Origin: Octopus vulgaris
Taxonomy: Eukaryota
NCBI GenBank assembly: GCA_951406725.2
Contig: OX597816.1
Location: forward strand, 127,658,001 to 127,722,000
Length of the DNA: 64,000 bases
Direction of reading: 5' to 3'
Shown piece after piece: positions 1 through 12,536 of this stretch; position 1 is the first letter of the stretch; every line of letters begins with the position of its first letter. A model generated the notes under the pieces. That model ran no database searches and was not told the origin of the DNA. It saw only the letters and a list, made by a program, of their open reading frames with translations. The position numbers and the translations under genes are program-made.

Positions 1-180
1 GAAGGCCGTCGTATATATATATGCATGTGTGTGTGTGTCTCTACGTACCGGTATCTTAGCGGTTCGGCGAAAGGAATTGACAAAATAACTACTAAACTTA
101 CAAAGAATAAGTCCTGGGGTCGATGTGCTCGACTAAAAGGCGATGTTCCAGCATGGCCGTTGTCAACTGACAAGAAAGAA
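1..180 (+). mobile_element. 3' part of a tRNA-derived SINE (family A), cut by the window edge
   Basis: Matches the 3' half of the full copy at 39241-39633 (acaaagaataagtcctggggtcgat...aaggcgatgttccagcatggcc). Confidence 0.75.
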
Positions 181-248
181 TATATATAGCGTATGTATAT
201 ATATATTGATACGCACAAAAATACGTATACACGCTCGCAAATTTGTAT

Positions 249-300
<52 letters not shown>

Positions 301-302
301 GT

Positions 303-1735
303 ATACTTTGATACTTTGATACTTTGATAGGTTTCGGCCATTATTGGCCCAGGCCATGTCTAACTTAATAGCACCACCTGGTGAAGTCTTTCAAGTCAGA
401 ATTTGGGCACTATGGCCCACTCAAGTAGAGAGTTATTGTTTACAGAGACATATCCGGGTGTAGGGGGTTTATCCGGGATTTCTTGAAGGAATCTGTCCAA
501 AGACTTCTTGAACCCTATAGGGTCAGTTTCTGTTTTAATGTGTTTTGGTGTAATGTTAAAGAGAGCGGAGCCAATTGAGGTGAAATAATTGTGCCGTATT
601 GTTGTTATGAGATGAGAGTGCGATTTTTGTTTTGGGAGGATGGCACGGGGCCCAAGCCTTGGATGTACCTTAAAGGTGATGCCAACATCATTTGGGCAAT
701 GCTGATGGAATATTTTCCACATCATGCAGATGATGTAGCGCTCACGACGACGTTGGAGAGAATAGAGTTTTAGCTTTTCTAGTCGACCCCAATAGTCGAG
801 GCCTGTCATGCCATCTATCTTTTTTGTGATTGCCCTTTGAGGTGCTTCAACTTTTATGATACCTTGTATTGTGTGGGGAGACCACAGTGGACAACAGTAT
901 TCAAGGTGGGGTCGGGCAAAAGTGGAGAAGAGAAGGATAATGGTGTGGATATCTCTCGACTGGAAAGTTCTGAGAATCCAGGAACACATTCTGCGGGCCA
1001 TGTCAACTTTGGTGTTTATATGAGTGGCCCAGCTTATGTTGTTGTCCACAATTACTCCCAGGTCTCTGATGTTGTTGGACGCCGCGAGAGTTTCACCTGA
1101 AGGAAGGGAGTATGGGAGTTTCAGGGCATCCTCTTTTCCAAAGTGGATTAGCTCAAATTTATCCTCGTTCAGCAGCATATTGTTTTTTTCTGCCCATTGG
1201 ATAACAGCCAGTAGATCTGACTGAAGGCATGTCCGGTCACTCGCCTCCTTTATGACCTTCTGTAGCTTGGAGTCATCTGCAAAGATTTTTATGTTGCTGT
1301 GCTTGATGATGTCATTAATGTCATTAATGTAAATGATGAAAAGAAGTGGGCCCAGCACAGTGCCTTGCGGAACACCACTACTGACTTTGGCTGGGCTTGA
1401 TTTTACCCCTTCAACTACAACATGTTGAGATCTGTCTGTCAGGAAACACTTGATCCATTTCAGTAACTTTCCAGAGACACCAATGTTGGATAGTTTTTTC
1501 AATAGGATCTTGTGATCGACCCTGTCGAAGGCCTTACTGAAATCAAGGTAGATGACATCGGTGTTGGAGCCCTCTCCCAAAGCTCTCAAAATGTCCTCAA
1601 AGTGATGCAGGAGCTGCATTAGGCAGTCCCTTCCATTACGGAACCCATGTTGGTTGGAGATCAGCCGTCTGTTGCTTTCCAGAAATTGGGTTATTCGAGA
1701 TCTCACCACCCTCTCAAATACCTTGATGATATGAT
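303..1735 (-). mobile_element. 5'-truncated CR1/L2-group LINE, family B, copy 1
   Basis: RT ORF 396-~1735 with [24 protein letters not shown] and FADD motifs. 3' hairpin GGCCA-ATAA-TGGCC and a (TATCAAAG)3 tail. TA repeats on both sides. Confidence 0.92.
396..1735 (-). CDS. LINE ORF2 fragment: reverse transcriptase and C-terminus, 5'-truncated
   Basis: Uninterrupted RT reading frame. The first ~10 residues of the track ORF come from the microsatellite. Confidence 0.8.
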
Positions 1736-1764
1736 GAATGTATATGTATGTATATATATGCATG

Positions 1765-2519
1765 TAACTTAGAATAACTTAGAAAGGTTTTTTGGCCAGT
1801 ATTGGCCCAGGCCATGTCTAACTTAATAGCACCACCTGGCGAAGTCTTTCAGTTCAGGATTTGGGCACCAAGGCCCATTCGAGCAGAGAGTTATTGTTTG
1901 CGGAGACATATCCGGGTGTGGATGGTTTGTCCGGTACTGTTTGAAGGAATTTGTCCAAAGACTTCTTGAATTTTGTGTGGTCAGTTTCTTTTTTGACGTG
2001 TCCTGGTGTAATGTTGAAGAGAGCGGGTCCAATTGAGGTGAAATAGTTGTGCCGTATTGTCGTTATGTGATGCGATTTAGATTTTTGTTGTGGACGGATG
2101 GCACGTGGTCCAAGCCTTGGATGCATTTTGAAGGTGATGCCAACATCATTCGGACAGTGCTGATGGAATATTTTCCACATCATACAGATAATGTAGCGTT
2201 CACGGCGTCGTTGGAGTGAATACAATTTCAGCTTCTCTAGTCTACCCCAGTAGTCAAGGTCTGACATGCCATCTATCTTTTTTGTGATTGACCTTTGGGG
2301 AGCTTCAATTCTCATAATATTTTGTTTTGTGTAGGGAGACCACAGTGGACAGCAGTATTCAAGGTGGGGTCGGGCAAAAGTGGAGAAGAGAAGGATAATA
2401 GCGTGGGAATCTCTCGACTGGAAGGTTCTGAGAATCCAGGAACACATTCTGCGGGCCATGTCAACTTTGCTGCTTATATGTGTAGCCCAGCTTATGTTGT
2501 TGTCCACTGTTACTCCCAT
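1765..2519 (-). mobile_element. 5'-truncated LINE, family B, copy 2 (ORF2 C-terminus and 3' end)
   Basis: ORF 1854-2519 is highly similar to the C-terminus of copy 1. Same 3' UTR, hairpin GGCCA-ATAC-TGGCC, tail (TTCTAAGTTA)2. Confidence 0.9.
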
Positions 2520-2709
2520 GTATATATATATGTATATAATTTAATATATATATATATATATATGAATGTATATGTATGTATATATATATATATGAATGTA
2601 TATGTATGTATATATATATATATGAATGTATATGTATGTATATATATATATATATATGAATGTATATGTATGTATATATATATATGTATGTATATATATA
2701 TATATATGA

Positions 2710-2751
<42 letters not shown>

Positions 2752-2978
2752 GTATGTATGTGTATATATATGTATGTATATATATGTGTGTATGTATTTA
2801 CATGTGTGTATACATACGTATGTATGCTTATATATGTATATATATATATATGTATGTATGTATATGTATGTATATATGTATGTATATTTAGGTATGTATA
2901 TATATGTATGCATGTATATATATGTATGTATGTATATATATGTATGTATGTATATATATGTATGTATGTATATGTATG

Positions 2979-3013
<35 letters not shown>

Positions 3014-3460
3014 CTATGTATGTGTATATATATGTATGTGTAGATATATAGGTATGTATATATATATGTGTGTATATATATATGTATATATATATATATA
3101 TAAATATATATATATGTATGATAATAAATATGTCTATAAACATATGTGTGTATATATATATGTATATATATATAAATATATATATATGTATGATAATAAA
3201 TATGTCTATAAATATATGTATAGCGCATAAATATATGTATAGCGGACCTTAAATGATGGTGATGATGATATATAAGCATATGTGTAGGTATATATGTATA
3301 TATATAAGTATATATGTATTTTTGTATATATACATATATATAAGTATATATATGTGTATATATATATATGTGTGTGTATATATATGTATGTATATATATG
3401 TGTATATATATATATGTATATATATATGTGTGTGTATATATATATATAAGTACATATATT

Positions 3461-3495
<35 letters not shown>
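2520..3495. repeat. Compound (TA)n/(TATG)n microsatellite
   Basis: Visible directly. Includes a short RTE tail stub at 3241-3268. Confidence 0.95.
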
Positions 3496-3498
<3 letters not shown>

Positions 3499-4910
3499 TG
3501 AGATGCTAAATTACCATTTCAAAAGTGTCTTTACCACCCCGTTGGAACACATACAAGTGAACGAACCAGTGGACTTCTTTTCCGCCTCACCTATAACCAG
3601 CGAGGCAGTTACAATAGAATGTATTGACATTAGCGAAAAAGATGTCCTACTAGCCATAGATGAAGTGGACACAAACTCAGCTGCTGGTCCAGACGGTTTC
3701 CCAGCCATCCTCCTCAAAGCGTGTAAGCATGCCCTGGCAAAACCCCTCAAGATTCTCTTCCAGAGCTTTCTTGTGAATGGCAAACTGCCAAGCAAGCTGA
3801 AGGAGGGAATTTTATGCCCAATACATAAAGGGAGAAGTAGACCAGATGCCAAAAACTATAGGCCTATCTCTCTGACTTCACACATCAGCAAAGTCATGGA
3901 ACAGATAGTCAGAACGAAACTAATCGCATTCCTTGAGGAAAATAACTTGCTGAGTGAAACCCAGCTCTTACAGCATTATGACTGGGTGTTGAGGCAGTTA
4001 CTCAACAAATCAAATGTCGAGGTAATCTACCTTGATTTTGCAAAAGCTTTTGACAAGGTGGATCATGGTATGATATACTACAAACTGCGTGACCTCGGCA
4101 TAGCTGGAAATCTTGGAGTGTGGTTACATGACTTCCTGAAAGATAGGAGTCAGGCAGTAGTTATTAATGGAGCCACCTCTATGAACACACAAATAGTGAG
4201 TGGTGTTCCACAGGGCACTGTCTTGGGACCACTGCTTTTTATAGTGGCCCTCTCAGATATGCCCTCAAATGTCCGGATAGTCAGTCTGGCCAGCTATACA
4301 GATTACTGCTCACAGCAGTATTACTGGATTACTGCTCACAGCTATGGTCACCCACCAGTGTAAAATTAACAGCAGACTTTGAAGCAATCCAGAGAAGATT
4401 CACAAAGAAGATCGTCTCTTTGCAACAGCTCAGCTACTGGGAAAGGTTGAAACAGCTAAGACTCTACTCCCTGGAGAGAAGATGGGAGAGGTATGCAGTA
4501 ATATATGTCTGGAAGGTCCTGGAAAGAATTGTACCAAATTTTGGCATTGTAAGCTACTAGAATGGGACGACAATGCATAGTGCCAAAGATCCCAGCAATG
4601 CCATCACGCTTCAGGACCAGCTTCTGCAACAGCCTGGGTTTCAAGGGCCTACAGCTTTTTAATATTCTCTCAAAGAGTCTGAGGAACTTGCACAAAGTAG
4701 ATATAGCAGTTTTTAAATCAAAGCTGGACATCTTCCTGTCGAGAGTCCCAGATGAACCTACCTCACGGCAAGAGGTGCAATTGAGAGTAGCTATATCAAA
4801 CTCCATTCTTCACCAAGTGCCACATATTAGACGAGGTTCTTCGCAACAACAGTGTAGCACAAACCGGCGGGGCATCAGCATGGCCGCAGCTCTGAGCTGA
4901 AACTAGAATT
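3496..4910 (+). mobile_element. Degenerate 5'-truncated CR1/L2-group LINE, family A-related, with internal deletions
   Basis: GPDGFP, YRPISLTS, YLDFAKAFD and [10 protein letters not shown] motifs. The QHGF region and the region after YxD are deleted. 3' end ...cagcatggccgcagctctgagctgaaac. Confidence 0.9.
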
Positions 4911-4919
4911 TAAAAAAAC

Positions 4920-5050
4920 GTATTTATATATGTATATATATATATGTATATATATATGTATATATATGTATATATATATGTATATATATGTATCTATATA
5001 TATGTATATATATATATATATATGTATATATATGTATCTATATATATATG

Positions 5051-5081
<31 letters not shown>

Positions 5082-5108
5082 GTATCTATATATATGTATA
5101 TATATATA

Positions 5109-5175
<67 letters not shown>

Positions 5176-5317
5176 ATATATATATGGTATATGTAAATAT
5201 ATATAGATATATGTAAATATATATAGGTATATGTAAATATATATAGGTATATGTATATATGTATATATGTATATGTATATATGTATATATGTATATATGT
5301 ATATGTATATATATGTG

Positions 5318-5350
<33 letters not shown>

Positions 5351-5958
5351 GTATATATATATATGTATATATATATGTATATATATATATATATGTATAT
5401 ATATATGTATATATATATTTGTATAAGTATATATGTATATATATACATATATATTTGTATAAGTATATATGTATATGTATATGTGTATATGTATATATAT
5501 ATATATAAGTATATGTATGTGTATATGTGTATATGTATATGTATATATAAGTATATGTATGTGTATATGTATATGTGTATATATGTATGTATATATATAT
5601 ATATGTATGTATATATATATATGTATGTATATATATATATATGTATGTATATATATATATGTATGTATATATATATATGTATGTATATATATATATATAT
5701 GTATGTATATATATATATATGTATATATATATATGTATGTATATATATATATGTATGTATTATATATATATGTATGTATATATATATGTATGTATATATA
5801 TATATATGATATATATATGTATGTATATATATATGTATATATATATATGTATGTATATATATATATATATGTATGTATATATATATGTATGTATATATAT
5901 ATATGTATGTATATATATATATATGTATGTATATATATATATATTATATATATTATGT

Positions 5959-6004
<46 letters not shown>

Positions 6005-6168
6005 GTATATATATATATATGTATGTATATATATATATATGTATGTATATATATATATGTATATGTATATTTGTATATGTATATTTGTATATGTATATGT
6101 ATATTTGTATATATATATGTATATATATATATATATGTATGTATATATATATATATATGTATGTATAT
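4920..6168. repeat. Compound (TA)n/(TATG)n microsatellite
   Basis: Visible directly. Confidence 0.95.
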
Positions 6169-6999
6169 ATGATTGCGGCTGCGCTGAAGAGCAGAGGCTA
6201 CAAGAGGACAGCGGCTCAGATGGAGCGAAAGAGACAGGAATTCGTGCGCTCATATGCGCTTGTACGGTCGCACATTGGCGCACTTGATGCCATCTTTGAG
6301 AACGAGCGGGGCAAAGATGGCAAGAATGGAGACGATGAAAGAAGTCACCCCCACCTGGTGGACACCCGGGAGGAGGTTTTGAATGAGAAACCTGCCCGGG
6401 AACTGAACCCAGGTGCAAGTTCTCCAACCGGCAGCAAGGGCCATGGAGATGGAGAACCCGGTGAAGAGGTAGAGGGAGGAAGAAGAACTAAAAGAAGGAC
6501 TGGAAGAGGGAAAGGAAAAGAAAAAGCTCAAGCAGGACCAAAGAGTGAAACAACCAGGAATAGAAGTGGAACCGCAAAGGATGGAACCAAACAGCGCACA
6601 CGGGTGTGTATGTTCTACCTGAGAGGTTCCTGCTGGCATGGAAAGGAAGGTGCAGGCTGCCGCTTTGCACATTGGGGACCCTGCCACAGAGACACGAGGC
6701 AGATGGACAAACCATCAACACAAAGAAAAGGGATGGACCACGCACCACCTGCCCCAAAGCGGAGGTACACAGATGTTGTGCGCGCCACAAACAGCCAACA
6801 TGATGTTGTCGAAAGAGCAGCTGCTGAGCAACAATCTTTTTTGTGCATGGCACAAAAGATTGTACAGCAGCTGACCTGGCTTCATCAAACCCAAGCCCGC
6901 AGGTGGGACTACCCACTATATACCAGACCACCACAGCAAACAGACACAGGATGGACACCACCGGCAACAACGTACACCTCACCTCGATACTCCTACTGA
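6169..6999 (+). CDS. LINE ORF1, 5'-truncated: Myb/SANT-like motif, charged linker, CCCH zinc finger
   Basis: [28 protein letters not shown], and C-x7-C-x8-C-x3-H at 6607-6672. Homologous to 14477-15382. Confidence 0.8.
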   Translation: MIAAALKSRGYKRTAAQMERKRQEFVRSYALVRSHIGALDAIFENERGKDGKNGDDERSHPHLVDTREEVLNEKPARELNPGASSPTGSKGHGDGEPGEEVEGGRRTKRRTGRGKGKEKAQAGPKSETTRNRSGTAKDGTKQRTRVCMFYLRGSCWHGKEGAGCRFAHWGPCHRDTRQMDKPSTQRKGMDHAPPAPKRRYTDVVRATNSQHDVVERAAAEQQSFLCMAQKIVQQLTWLHQTQARRWDYPLYTRPPQQTDTGWTPPATTYTSPRYSY

Positions 7000-9947
7000 A
7001 CATCAGAGGACTGCAAACACTCAGTAACAGGACAAAGATCCCGTTCCTGAGAGACTTTGTTGCATGCAATCAAGCCTTATGCATAGCACTTACAGAAACG
7101 CACCTGAAACCGGACATAGCAGATGCGGAGTTACACATACCAGAGTATGCTGTACTACGGACCGACAGGAAAGAAAGGAGTCATGGAGGTGTTGCTATGT
7201 ACATCCGTGAGGACCTCACACCCCAGGTCCTCTTGTCATACTCAAACTCGGTGTGTGACACACTAATTGTACATATTAGGCAACTTGATGTAGTTGTGTG
7301 TGCTACATATCGCCCTCCAGATGCCCCAAGCCATGTGGGCAAGTTTGAAGACTGCCTTATAAAAATAGAAGAAATTCTAACCACATTAGAACAACACATA
7401 GGTGTGCTTCTTATGGGAGACTTCAATCTGCCCAATGTCAGATGGCCCGAGGGCCTTTCTCTCCCAGGAATGACAAGATGTGAACGAGGACAGGCGAGGT
7501 CCCTCCTGAACCTCATCAACACCCTGTACATGGAGCAGGTAATACTCCAACCAACCAGGGCAGGTAACACACTGGATCTCTGCTTCACAAATGACATGGA
7601 TCTCATCCATAATGTGAAAGTGACACCGACACTACTCTCGGATCACAACATGATAGAGCTGACCATGTACGGGCCAAAAGAGAGCACGGACATGCAGCCT
7701 ACAAGAAACCCTCAAAATCTTTCCAGCTTGAACTACCATAAGGCAAACTGGAAACAAATTGAGAAAGAGATCCTCAAACAAAACTGGCCTAAATGTCTCT
7801 CCTCGCCAGACATCGACGTGAAACTTCAACAATTCATGTCTGTAATGCAAGCCATATGCTACAAATGTGTCCCAGAGAGAAAGGCCACTGTACACAAGAA
7901 CAAAATCCCCAGAGAGAGGAAAATTTTAATGAGACGGCGTACGAAATTTTCAAATCGCCTAAACAAACAGATTGAAAGCAGTGAAAAGTCCCGCCTGAAA
8001 ATAAAACTGTTGGAAATCGAAAAATGTCTGCAACGCTCCCATGAAAAAGAAAGAGCAGACAAAGAAGCCTGGGCTATAGAAAACATAAAATCTAACCCCA
8101 GAGCTTTCTACAGGTATGCCAAAGAAACAGCTACAGTGCACTGTAGAATAGGGCCACTCCTCGAAAAGGATGGCACACTTACAGGAAAACCAATGAGGGT
8201 TAGTGAAATACTGAATGAGCAATTCAAGAGTGTTTTCACTCCACCCCTTGGGCATCTCCAAATCACCAATCCAACTGACTTTTTTACCACTGCAGATATA
8301 AAATCAGAGGCGGCGACGATAGATTACATCGATATAAAGGAAGACGATGTAACCAAGGCTATAGATGAAATGAAAACAGACTCAGCTACTGGCCCCGATG
8401 GATTCCCGGCAATCCTCCTAAAAGCATGTAAGAGAGTCCTAGCAAGACCACTGCAGTTCCTCTTTCAGAGCTTCCTTGCAGCTGGCAAACTTCCAGGAAA
8501 ACTGAAGGAAGGTAAAATATGCCCCATTCATAAAGGAGGTAGCAGAGCGGAAGCCAAGAACTATAGACCTATCTCTCTGGCCTCACACATCAGCAAGGTC
8601 ATGGAACGAATAGTCAGAAGGAAGCTGATCACCTTCCTTGAAGAGAATGACTTGCTGTCCGACACCCAACATGGTTTCCGACCAGGGAGAAGCTGTTTAA
8701 CTCAGCTCCTACAACACTATGACTGGGTGCTGAAACGTCTGCTCAACCACTCAAATGTGGAAGTGATATATCTCGACTTTGCAAAGGCCATTGATAAAGT
8801 CGATCATGGAATGATATGTCACAAACTGCGTGATCTCAACATAGTTGGAAAACTGGGAGAATGGCTTCATGACTTTCTGAAGGATAGAAGTCAGGTGGTA
8901 GTAGCCAATGGGGCCACATCCATTAACACACAAATAGTGAGCGGTGTTCCGCAGGGCACTGTTCTGGGACCACTACTGTTCATAATGGCCCTCTCAGACA
9001 TGACCTCAGCCACGCAGAGAGCCACGATCACAAGTTATGCAGATGTTACAAAAGTTTCACAGGCAATACAGAACCCTGAGGACACTAAACACCTGCAATG
9101 TGAGCTGGACGAAATATACAAGTGGGCTGAAAAGAATAGCATGCAGTTCAATGCTGGAAAGTTTCAAGCTTTATACTATCAGCATGCAAAACTGAATGCA
9201 ATACCCAATGAATACACTGGACCCGGAGGGATTGCAATCCCAGAGGCACAATCAGTGCGTGACCTGGGTATTCACATGAGTGATGACGCGACCTTTCATG
9301 TACATGTTGCTAAACTGACAATGAAATGTAGACGGCTGGCTGGATGGATTCTTAGAACCTTTAGAACAAGAGAACAAGAAACCATGATGGTCCTCTGGAA
9401 GACACTTGTCCTAAGCCACTTTGACTATTGCTCTCAGCTATGGTCACCATCCAGTGTCAAGTTGATCACAGAACTTGAGGCGATCCAACGAAGCTACACA
9501 AAGAAGATAGCCTCTATGCAGAATGTAAGCTACTGGGAAAGACTCAAGAGATTAAAATTATATTCCCTGGAGTGTAGGCGGGAAAGATATGCCATAATAT
9601 ACATTTGGAAGATCCTGGAGGGAAGTGTCCTGAACTTTGGCATCGAGAGTTACGCAAATGCCAGAACTGGGCGCCACTGCGTGGTGCCTAGGACTCCAAA
9701 CCTGCCATCAAGATGTAGGACAAGATTCTGTGATAGCCTGGGCTTCCGAGACCCACAGCTCTTCAATATCCTCCCGAAGAACCTGAGAGACCTGCATGGG
9801 GTGGATACAGATGTCTTTAAAATGAAGCTGGATCTCTTCCTGTCAGGTGTCCCAGATGAACCAACTTCACGGCAGGAGGGGCAGATGAGGGCAGCTGCAT
9901 CGAACTCTCTCATGCACCAAATAGCAGGTGCTAGAAAGCCTCCATGA
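6843..9947 (+). CDS. LINE ORF2: APE-type endonuclease plus reverse transcriptase (catalytic YADD reads YADV)
   Basis: EN motifs NIRGL, TETHL, GGVAMY, YRPP, GDFN, LDL, SDH. RT motifs QHGFR, LDFAKA, PQG, YADV. The frame is open from 6828 and the first ATG is at 6951. Confidence 0.93.
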   Translation: MHGTKDCTAADLASSNPSPQVGLPTIYQTTTANRHRMDTTGNNVHLTSILLLNIRGLQTLSNRTKIPFLRDFVACNQALCIALTETHLKPDIADAELHIPEYAVLRTDRKERSHGGVAMYIREDLTPQVLLSYSNSVCDTLIVHIRQLDVVVCATYRPPDAPSHVGKFEDCLIKIEEILTTLEQHIGVLLMGDFNLPNVRWPEGLSLPGMTRCERGQARSLLNLINTLYMEQVILQPTRAGNTLDLCFTNDMDLIHNVKVTPTLLSDHNMIELTMYGPKESTDMQPTRNPQNLSSLNYHKANWKQIEKEILKQNWPKCLSSPDIDVKLQQFMSVMQAICYKCVPERKATVHKNKIPRERKILMRRRTKFSNRLNKQIESSEKSRLKIKLLEIEKCLQRSHEKERADKEAWAIENIKSNPRAFYRYAKETATVHCRIGPLLEKDGTLTGKPMRVSEILNEQFKSVFTPPLGHLQITNPTDFFTTADIKSEAATIDYIDIKEDDVTKAIDEMKTDSATGPDGFPAILLKACKRVLARPLQFLFQSFLAAGKLPGKLKEGKICPIHKGGSRAEAKNYRPISLASHISKVMERIVRRKLITFLEENDLLSDTQHGFRPGRSCLTQLLQHYDWVLKRLLNHSNVEVIYLDFAKAIDKVDHGMICHKLRDLNIVGKLGEWLHDFLKDRSQVVVANGATSINTQIVSGVPQGTVLGPLLFIMALSDMTSATQRATITSYADVTKVSQAIQNPEDTKHLQCELDEIYKWAEKNSMQFNAGKFQALYYQHAKLNAIPNEYTGPGGIAIPEAQSVRDLGIHMSDDATFHVHVAKLTMKCRRLAGWILRTFRTREQETMMVLWKTLVLSHFDYCSQLWSPSSVKLITELEAIQRSYTKKIASMQNVSYWERLKRLKLYSLECRRERYAIIYIWKILEGSVLNFGIESYANARTGRHCVVPRTPNLPSRCRTRFCDSLGFRDPQLFNILPKNLRDLHGVDTDVFKMKLDLFLSGVPDEPTSRQEGQMRAAASNSLMHQIAGARKPP

Positions 9948-10046
9948 AGTGAAACCAAGTAGCAACACCAAATGGCGGTGCCCCAGCATGGCCACAGCTC
10001 ATAAGCTGAAACTAGAATCAATCAATCAATCAATCATATATATATG

Positions 10047-10102
<56 letters not shown>

Positions 10103-10155
10103 TGTATGTATATATATATATATATGTATGTATATATATATATGTATGTATATAT

Positions 10156-10721
10156 ACCTCACCTCGATACTCCTACTGAACATCAGAGGACTGCAAACAC
10201 TCAGTAACAGGACAAAGATCCCGTTCCTGAGAGACTTTGTTGCATGCAATCAAGCCTTATGCATAGCACTTACAGAAACGCACCTGAAACCGGACATAGC
10301 AGATGCGGAGTTACACATACCACAGTATGCTGTACTACGGACCGACAGGAAAGAAAGGAGCCATGGAGGTGTTGCTATGTACATCCGTGAGGACCTCACA
10401 CCCCAGGTCCTCTTGTCATACTCAAACACGGTGTGTGACACACTAATTGTACATATTAGGCAACTTGATGTAGTTGTGTGTGCTACATATCGCCCTCCAG
10501 ATGCCCCAAGCCATGTGGGCAAGTTTGAAGACTGCCTTATAAAAATAGAAGAAATTCTAACCACATTAGAACAACACATAGGTGTGCTTCTTATGGGAGA
10601 CTTCAATCTGCCCAATGTCAGATGGCCCGAGGGCCTTTCTCTCCCAGGAATGACAAGATGTGAACGAGGACAGGCGAGGTCCCTCCTGAACCTCATCAAC
10701 ACAATCAATCAATCAATCAAT
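10156..10721 (+). mobile_element. Family A LINE endonuclease-region fragment fused directly to an (AATC)n tail
   Basis: 10156-10702 matches 6976-7522 with 3 substitutions seen by eye, followed by aatcaatcaatcaatcaat. Confidence 0.88.
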
Positions 10722-10802
10722 ATGTATGTATATATATATATGTATGTATATATATATATGTATGTCTATATACGTATATGTATATATGTATATGTATATT
10801 TG

Positions 10803-10833
<31 letters not shown>

Positions 10834-10983
10834 GTATGTATATATATATATGTATGTATATATATATATGTATGTATATATATATATGTATGTATATATG
10901 TATGTATATATATATATGTATGTATATATGTATGTATATATATATATGTATGTATATATGTATGTATATATATATATGTATGT

Positions 10984-11045
<62 letters not shown>

Positions 11046-11106
11046 GTATATATATGTATGTATGTATATATATGTATGTATGTATATGTATGTATGTATA
11101 TATATG

Positions 11107-11138
<32 letters not shown>

Positions 11139-11318
11139 TATATGTATGTATATATATATATATATGTATGTATGTATATATATGTATGTATGTATATATA
11201 TGTATGTATGTATATATATGTATGTATGTATATATATATATGTATGTATATATATGTGTATGTATGTATGTATATGTATGTATGTATATATATATGTATG
11301 TATATATATATGTATATG

Positions 11319-11350
<32 letters not shown>

Positions 11351-11400
11351 TATGTATGTATATATATATATATATGTATGTATATATATTTATGTATATG

Positions 11401-11431
<31 letters not shown>

Positions 11432-11594
11432 ATATATATATATGTATGTATATATATATATATGTATGTATATGTATATATATGTATGTATATGTATATA
11501 TATGTATGTATATGTATATATATGTATGTATATGTATATATATATGTATGTATATGTATATATATATGTATGTATATGTATATATATATGTATG

Positions 11595-11631
<37 letters not shown>

Positions 11632-11662
11632 GTATATATATGTATATGTATATATATATGTA
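10722..11662. repeat. Compound (TA)n/(TATG)n microsatellite
   Basis: Visible directly. Confidence 0.95.
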
Positions 11663-12025
11663 TAAATCCTTAAATCCTTAAAAATGTTTTAGCCCGAAGG
11701 TCGCGGCCATGCTGGGGCACCACCGCTGAATGAGCTACACTAATTTGTGAATCCACCTCTGATACGTGGCACTTGATTAACAAGGGAGTTCGATGCTGCT
11801 GCCCGCATCCGCGTCTCCTGTCGTGAGGTTGGCTCATCTGGGACTCCCAACAAGAAGAGATCCAGTTTAGTTTTAAAGAAACCCACATCCACACCATGTA
11901 AGTCTCTCAGGCATTTAGGGAGGATGTTAAAGAGCTGTGGTCCTCTGAAACCCAAGCTGTTGCAGTATCTGGACCTGTATTTTGATGGTGATGTTGGAAT
12001 CCTTGGCACCATGCAGTGGCGCCCA
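11663..12025 (-). mobile_element. 3' fragment of a family A-related LINE
   Basis: Encodes [10 protein letters not shown]...[12 protein letters not shown]...VPDEPT. 3' end ggtggtgccccagcatggcc, tail (TTTAAGGA)2. Confidence 0.88.
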
Positions 12026-12167
12026 TATATATATATATATGTATGTATATATATATGTATATATATGTATATGTATGTATATTTATATATATATATATGT
12101 ATGTATGTATATATATATATATATATACATGTATATATATGTATATGTATGTATATGTATATATACG

Positions 12168-12198
<31 letters not shown>

Positions 12199-12312
12199 GT
12201 ATATATATACATGTATATATATGTATATATATATATATGTATATATATATGTATATATATATATATATAAATTATATATATGTATATATATTATGTATAT
12301 ATATGTATATAC

Positions 12313-12360
<48 letters not shown>

Positions 12361-12536
12361 GTATATATATATATGTATATATATGTATGTATATATATGT
12401 ATATATATGTATGTATATATATGTATATATATATATATATTTGTATCTGTATATATATATATATATATTTGTATCTGTATATATATGTATTTATATATAT
12501 GTATATGTATATATATATGTGTATATATGTATATCT
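12026..12536. repeat. (TA)n-rich microsatellite
   Basis: Visible directly. Confidence 0.95.

Larger units (their letters stand above)
6169..10035 (+). mobile_element. Near-full-length CR1/L2-group LINE, family A, copy 1
   Basis: ORF1 plus an overlapping EN-RT ORF2, with no C-terminal zinc knuckle or RNase H seen. 3' hairpin CAGCT-CATA-AGCTG, (AATC)5 tail, TA repeats on both flanks. Confidence 0.95.

Noticed and set aside
7181-10021. Antisense ORFs over LINE ORF2
   Set aside because: Shadow frames of the coding strand with no recognisable domains.
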